Positions 63,594 to 64,000 of a stretch of DNA of 64,000 bases are shown here, piece by piece (the first letter of the stretch is position 1; every line of letters starts with the position of its first letter). Source of the DNA: Meyerozyma guilliermondii (lineage: Eukaryota). The translations under genes and the position numbers were made by a program. The stretch lies in the NCBI GenBank assembly GCA_051546255.1, contig CP128816.1, positions 1,178,001 through 1,242,000 on the forward strand, in the 5' to 3' direction. The notes beneath the pieces were generated by a model. It ran no database searches. It was not told the DNA's origin and worked only from the letters and a program-made list of their open reading frames with translations.

Positions 63594-64000
63594 ATGACTA
63601 CGGAAGATCTACGCCTGTTGGTGGAACCACAGGTTATATCCGAGGAGCAGCGTCAGTTCAACAAACTTTCCAAAGATAGAAAGTTGGATAGACTTAATAC
63701 GCTTATTCTGAAGTCTCAAATTTATGCCAATATCATTGCTGATAATATCATTAATAACACCTCCAAAAAGAAACGCGCCAGAAATGAAAGTCCTCAACCT
63801 GTCAAAGCTCAGAAAACCGCCAGCGGGAAACGAGATATCATGTCAATGCTCACAAATCCCAAACCAGAAACAACCTATCAACCATCGTTGATTACTGGTG
63901 GAACCATGAAAGATTATCAACTCGATGGATTGGAATGGCTTCTGACATTATACGAGAACGGCCTCAATGGAATCTTGGCAGACGAAATGGGGCTTGGAAA
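63594..64000 (+). CDS. IRC5: Snf2-family ATPase, Irc5/Lsh-like, runs off the right edge
   Basis: Not in the track. Manual translation: [18 protein letters not shown]...[39 protein letters not shown]. Confidence 0.8.
   Translation, partial: MTTEDLRLLVEPQVISEEQRQFNKLSKDRKLDRLNTLILKSQIYANIIADNIINNTSKKKRARNESPQPVKAQKTASGKRDIMSMLTNPKPETTYQPSLITGGTMKDYQLDGLEWLLTLYENGLNGILADEMGLG

Noticed and set aside
1..64000. Transposons, LTRs or horizontally acquired island
   Set aside because: No gag/pol/transposase motifs, no long terminal repeats and no obvious compositional break seen by eye

Overview
Very gene-dense chromosomal segment of a budding yeast that uses the alternative CUG=Ser code (Debaryomycetaceae-like; Meyerozyma is a plausible but unproven guess). 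It holds about 46 protein-coding genes, one intron-containing tRNA-Ser(GCT) and three spliceosomal introns (ERV1, ERT1, MLC1). I found no transposon or CRISPR array. Most genes are housekeeping (CDC8, APS2, YKU70, RPB8, ADE6, RPS3, INO80, GAT1, RPL28, ARC1, DOM34, SMC5, MSE1, VPS55, SYN8, LOG1, NCE103, IRC5). The strongest oddity is an unlisted 55-aa ORF with a DDA1-like N-terminus, starting 12 nt in-frame after the stop of a UPF0390 gene (candidate dicistronic or readthrough unit). Others are a hidden SPO24-like microprotein, a GT71 mannosyltransferase without its DxD motif, a stop-free 3n intron in ERT1 and a stand-alone LisH/LUFS mini-protein. All family assignments come from motifs recognised by eye; no searches were run.
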